From a bacterium (GTDB taxonomy: Bacteria; Hinthialibacterota; Hinthialibacteria; Hinthialibacterales; Hinthialibacteraceae): DNA of 64,000 bases. A program made the position numbers and the translations under genes. Below, piece after piece: positions 60,375 to 64,000 of this stretch (the stretch's first letter is position 1; every line of letters begins with the position of its first letter). The DNA lies in the NCBI GenBank assembly GCA_963662285.2, contig CAXXMV010000001.1, positions 768,001 to 832,000 on the forward strand, given 5' to 3'. The notes beneath the pieces were generated by a model. It searched no databases, was not told where the DNA came from, and saw only the letters and a list, made by a program, of their open reading frames with translations.

Positions 60375-61544
60375 ATGAAAACCATTTATTTTGACGTATT
60401 CGCAGGAATCAGCGGTGATATGTGCCTGGGAGCGCTGATTGACGCAGGCTGCCCGGGAGAAGAGATTAGATCACTACTCAGCGGAATGAATATTCCCGGA
60501 TTTGATTTGCAGTGGGAACGCGTCATGCGCGGCCCGCTTTCTGGAACCAAAGCCCATGTTATTGTAGAAGAAGAGGCGCATTCGCATAGAAAACTATCCG
60601 GCGTGCTGGATATTGTTGATAGCATCAAGTGGCCTGGTGACGTCCGCAACCGGATCGAAGAAGTTTTCACTACTTTAGCACATGCGGAAGGCCAGGTTCA
60701 CAATAAGCCATACGACCAGATTCATTTTCATGAAGTGGGCTGCTATGACGCCATAGTGGATATCAGCGGAACGCTGCTGGGATTGCACCTGTTGGGCGTT
60801 GAGTCATGCGCCAGTTCTCGCGTCCACGTAGGCGAGGGATTTGTCCAGACGCGCCATGGAGCGCTGCCCCTGCCTGCGCCCGCTACAGCCAACCTGCTCA
60901 AAGGTTTCACTCTTTTCGGCACGGGCATAGATATGGAATTGGTCACGCCGACCGGAGCGGCGCTGTTACGCGTTTTGACCGGCGGCTCATCCACTATGCC
61001 GACCATGAATCTGGAAACCATCGGTTATGGCGCCGGGACGCGCAATTCCAAAGAGTTGCCCGGTATGCTGCGCATTTTCATTGGTGAAAGCGGCCAAAAC
61101 GGCGCCGATAGCGTGACCGTCATCGAAACCAATATAGATGATATGAATCCGGAGTTTTTTAATCCGATGATGGATAGCCTTTTTAAGGCCGGAGCGTTGG
61201 ATGTCTGCTTAACGCCATCTATGATGAAAAAAGGCCGCCCTGGAACTATAGTAAGCGTAGTCGCGCCTCCGGCTCTACGTGAAACCATCGCTCAGGCCAT
61301 GATGCAGAACAGTTCATCTATCGGCGTTCGCATGTATGATTGCGAGCGCAGGATCATGAAACGTACAAGTTGCGAAGTCCAAACCCAATGGGGCGCAGTA
61401 CGGGGCAAGGTTTGCTGTGGACATGGTGTGGAAAAGCGCTTTACGCCTGAATATGATGATTGCCTGCGAATTCACAAAGAGCAGAAGACTCCTATTGCCC
61501 AAGTATATCAGGCGGCGGCGACGGCTTTTGAGAAACAACAATAG
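60375..61544 (+). CDS. larC: Nickel pincer cofactor biosynthesis protein LarC
   Basis: GISGDM.LGAL, IHFHEVG, PAPAT, ELVTPTGAA, ETNIDD, MKKGRPG and PEYDD motifs. Confidence 0.93.
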   Translation: MKTIYFDVFAGISGDMCLGALIDAGCPGEEIRSLLSGMNIPGFDLQWERVMRGPLSGTKAHVIVEEEAHSHRKLSGVLDIVDSIKWPGDVRNRIEEVFTTLAHAEGQVHNKPYDQIHFHEVGCYDAIVDISGTLLGLHLLGVESCASSRVHVGEGFVQTRHGALPLPAPATANLLKGFTLFGTGIDMELVTPTGAALLRVLTGGSSTMPTMNLETIGYGAGTRNSKELPGMLRIFIGESGQNGADSVTVIETNIDDMNPEFFNPMMDSLFKAGALDVCLTPSMMKKGRPGTIVSVVAPPALRETIAQAMMQNSSSIGVRMYDCERRIMKRTSCEVQTQWGAVRGKVCCGHGVEKRFTPEYDDCLRIHKEQKTPIAQVYQAAATAFEKQQ

Positions 61545-61583
61545 TTTTGTTTGAGTACACAATATCTTTTCATCAGAGGAAAT

Positions 61584-62681
61584 ATGAAATCAAAAAAATT
61601 GCAAATCATTATTGCATTGACGATTGGTCTGGGCTGTCTATACCTGTTTGCCAAAGACCAGAACTGGTCAGAAGTCTGGCTGGCGATGAAAAGCGCAAAC
61701 CTGGGATGGGTATTGCTGGCAATTATATTATCCATCAATTCGATCTTGATTCGCGCTTTCCGCTGGCGCATGTTATTAGGAGAACCCAAGGTTCCGGTTA
61801 TAAAACTTTTTTTGATTGCGAATATTGGTTTCATGGGAAACGGGATTTTCCCGGCCCGTATGGGAGAATTATTACGGCCATTTCTAGTATGGAAAATGAC
61901 GCCCCATGCATTTTCGACCGCGCTGGCGACCATTATTGTGGAACGCATCTATGACCTGATGGGCTTATTGCTGATTCTGGCTTTCGTATTTATGGTTTTT
62001 CCCTTCCCGGCAATGCAGGGTCAGCCAGCCGAACTGGCGGCATCTGCACAAGGCGGTCAATTAACACAGGATATCATGAATACCGATCCTAGAGCGTATA
62101 TCCAGGGATTGGCGAAGTTGGGCGTGTTAGTCTTCATTACAATGTTCGGCGCAATAGCCGTTATGAGTTATGCGCCACAGTGGAGTCTAAAAGTCGCCCG
62201 TATTATATTTAAACCATTGCCAACAGGCATCTCAGGCAAATTGTTAAAAGCCATAGAATCATTCGAGAAAGGCGCCGTGACCTTCCGCAAACCACTGCAT
62301 TTTTTATATTGCGTAATGTGGACCATCCTTCTCTGGGTATCAATTGCTTTCAGCGAACTCTTAATATTATGGGCGCTAGGCGTTGATACGGTTGGAATGA
62401 CCGGCGCACTGTTTTTAATGGCGGGATTATGCTTCGCGGTGATGTTTCCCCAAGCTCCGGGCTATATCGGGGTATACCATTTCGCAGTGCAATTGATTCT
62501 GGTAAAAACATTTCTGATCGATTCAACCACCGCCACTGCGGCGGCGTGGATCATGTGGTTATCGCAAGTGCCGCCAGTGATTGCAGCGGGCTTTACGTCT
62601 TTGTTAATAATGGGAATTTCGTTTAAGGAAATCAGTCATGTCCGGGAAGAGATTCCTGAAGATATGCCGGAAAATTCTTAA
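61584..62681 (+). CDS. Lysylphosphatidylglycerol synthase TM / flippase-like (UPF0104) protein
   Basis: RAFRW, PARMGELLR, ERIYD and PQAPGYIG motifs. Confidence 0.88.
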   Translation: MKSKKLQIIIALTIGLGCLYLFAKDQNWSEVWLAMKSANLGWVLLAIILSINSILIRAFRWRMLLGEPKVPVIKLFLIANIGFMGNGIFPARMGELLRPFLVWKMTPHAFSTALATIIVERIYDLMGLLLILAFVFMVFPFPAMQGQPAELAASAQGGQLTQDIMNTDPRAYIQGLAKLGVLVFITMFGAIAVMSYAPQWSLKVARIIFKPLPTGISGKLLKAIESFEKGAVTFRKPLHFLYCVMWTILLWVSIAFSELLILWALGVDTVGMTGALFLMAGLCFAVMFPQAPGYIGVYHFAVQLILVKTFLIDSTTATAAAWIMWLSQVPPVIAAGFTSLLIMGISFKEISHVREEIPEDMPENS

Positions 62682-62691
62682 TGAAAAAACA

Positions 62692-63144
62692 ATGAAGTTA
62701 CCCTTAGACCTCGACTTATGCACTCAAGAAAGTTTACTCGAATGGATCAATGGCCTGGATGTTACGCTGGATATCCAGGAACTTGACCGTTATCCATCAC
62801 GCCCGTTAATCTTCTCTGATTATCGTAACGATCCACCCGTCATTACGATCTACCGCTATCTTCCTATGGAAAACTGGCTTAATTTAATGAGTCAACGCAG
62901 CGTGGGCTACTATGGCCCCTGGTATTGCCTGCATATCGCATATCGTTTATATTTTTATCTGGAATTTAATGGTTTGTTTGAAATAGAACGTAAATGGTAT
63001 CATAACCTTTTCGGTGGATTAGATACCACCGAAGCGCGGGCTTATCGCTTCACCAAAGAAATCCTGGGGACATTACGCCATCCCTCCCGCTTCGATGCAC
63101 ACGTCAGACTGGCCTTTCAACCGGGAGTGACGCCATTGTCATGA
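62692..63144 (+). CDS. Hypothetical protein
   Basis: Co-oriented ORF starting just after the preceding stop. Confidence 0.65.
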   Translation: MKLPLDLDLCTQESLLEWINGLDVTLDIQELDRYPSRPLIFSDYRNDPPVITIYRYLPMENWLNLMSQRSVGYYGPWYCLHIAYRLYFYLEFNGLFEIERKWYHNLFGGLDTTEARAYRFTKEILGTLRHPSRFDAHVRLAFQPGVTPLS

Positions 63145-63285
63145 TTTCTTGTTATTTCATAAAATTTATATGAATAGGAATCTTTTATTCTAGTAACCAT
63201 GGTCTGGATCAATCAACTTATCTTTTTGTGATTAAGAATAAATAGAAATCGAGTTAAATTGTCAAAAAATTGTAAAAATGTTCGT

Positions 63286-63445
63286 TCAGATAATCTCAAT
63301 CTGTGAAAAAGATTGGAGGGCTTTTCTTTTTTCTTCCTCTAATACATTCAAATACCGGTTAGTAGTAACGATAGTTGTATGACCGAATATTTCCTTGACG
63401 ACCGCAATTCGGAGAGTTCCCATTTCTCCATGAGTTATGTGATAG
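63286..63445 (-). pseudogene. Tyrosine integrase C-terminal remnant
   Basis: Minus strand reads IAVVKEIFGHTTIVTTNRYLNVLEEEKRKAL (LGH...TT..Y box II-like), preceded by a frameshifted IT*LMEK. Confidence 0.65.
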
Positions 63446-63655
63446 ATAATTTACTGTATTATGGTATTATCAACATAAATATTGAATTATATATTAGATG
63501 GTATTGAGAAGAGTACACCGCTTTTGCATCCGCTTACCAAAAGAATATTCTATAATCTTTTGCCATAAATTTATGTGATAACTTTCCTTGAAAATTCGAA
63601 ATGATAGGAAAATATGTGGCGCAAAAGAAATAAAAATTCATTTTGCGCGTTTTCT

Positions 63656-64000
63656 TCATTCACCAGGATTCATCGTATTTATCCAGTTCAAGATTTCCTG
63701 GCTGGCAATTTGGTGACCTAATTCAGTAAAATGGCCGTCGATGGGGTAATATATTGCATGGTTACTTTCTCTGGCTGCTTTTTGAAGCGGCTTTGTTAAA
63801 GAAATGAAGGGGATATTATTCTCACTAGACCAGCTTGATAGATAATAACCAGTATTATACCGGAGACCATCTAATGAAGGGATATAAACCAAAACCATTG
63901 GAATTTTATTTTTTTGGCATAATTTGTTAGACAGCAATATGTATTGCAATGATTTTTCATAATCCTGTTTGGATGCATTTGGATGAAATAGAATTTCTTG
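63656..64000 (-). CDS. SGNH/GDSL-like protein, C-terminal part (runs off the window)
   Basis: Frame is open to 64000. DGHFTELGHQIA contains the DxH motif. Confidence 0.7.
   Translation of the reverse strand, partial: QEILFHPNASKQDYEKSLQYILLSNKLCQKNKIPMVLVYIPSLDGLRYNTGYYLSSWSSENNIPFISLTKPLQKAARESNHAIYYPIDGHFTELGHQIASQEILNWINTMNPGE

Overview
Bacterial chromosomal segment of moderate GC. The pilin-like paralogues and secreted-protein style suggest, by inference only, an OLB16/Ca. Hinthialibacterota-like lineage. Housekeeping genes: dnaB, xerD, era, coaX, lepB, hemW, rpsU, valS, larC, exbBD. It also carries many secreted or envelope genes (a Thr/Pro-repeat FG-GAP protein, DUF1800/DUF1501, a sulfatase, glycosyltransferases and an O-antigen ligase) and two large histidine kinases. 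Small foreign fragments sit between the core genes. Highlights: (1) a 1.6-kb islet bounded by an exact 60-bp duplication of the xerD 3' end, which fuses the XerD C-terminus onto a DUF2442 protein and contains an attC-like site; (2) a second attC half-site directly before an orphan gene, with no integron integrase in the window; (3) two intact and two broken toxin-antitoxin loci; (4) a long structured intergenic region with a sigma54-type promoter and ideal CsrA-type ACGGAG hairpin loops; (5) complementarity between the 5' and 3' UTRs of rpsU; (6) a hybrid kinase split at an A7 slippery run; (7) two dispersed MITE/REP-like repeat families and an integrase remnant. No rRNA, tRNA or CRISPR array was recognised.
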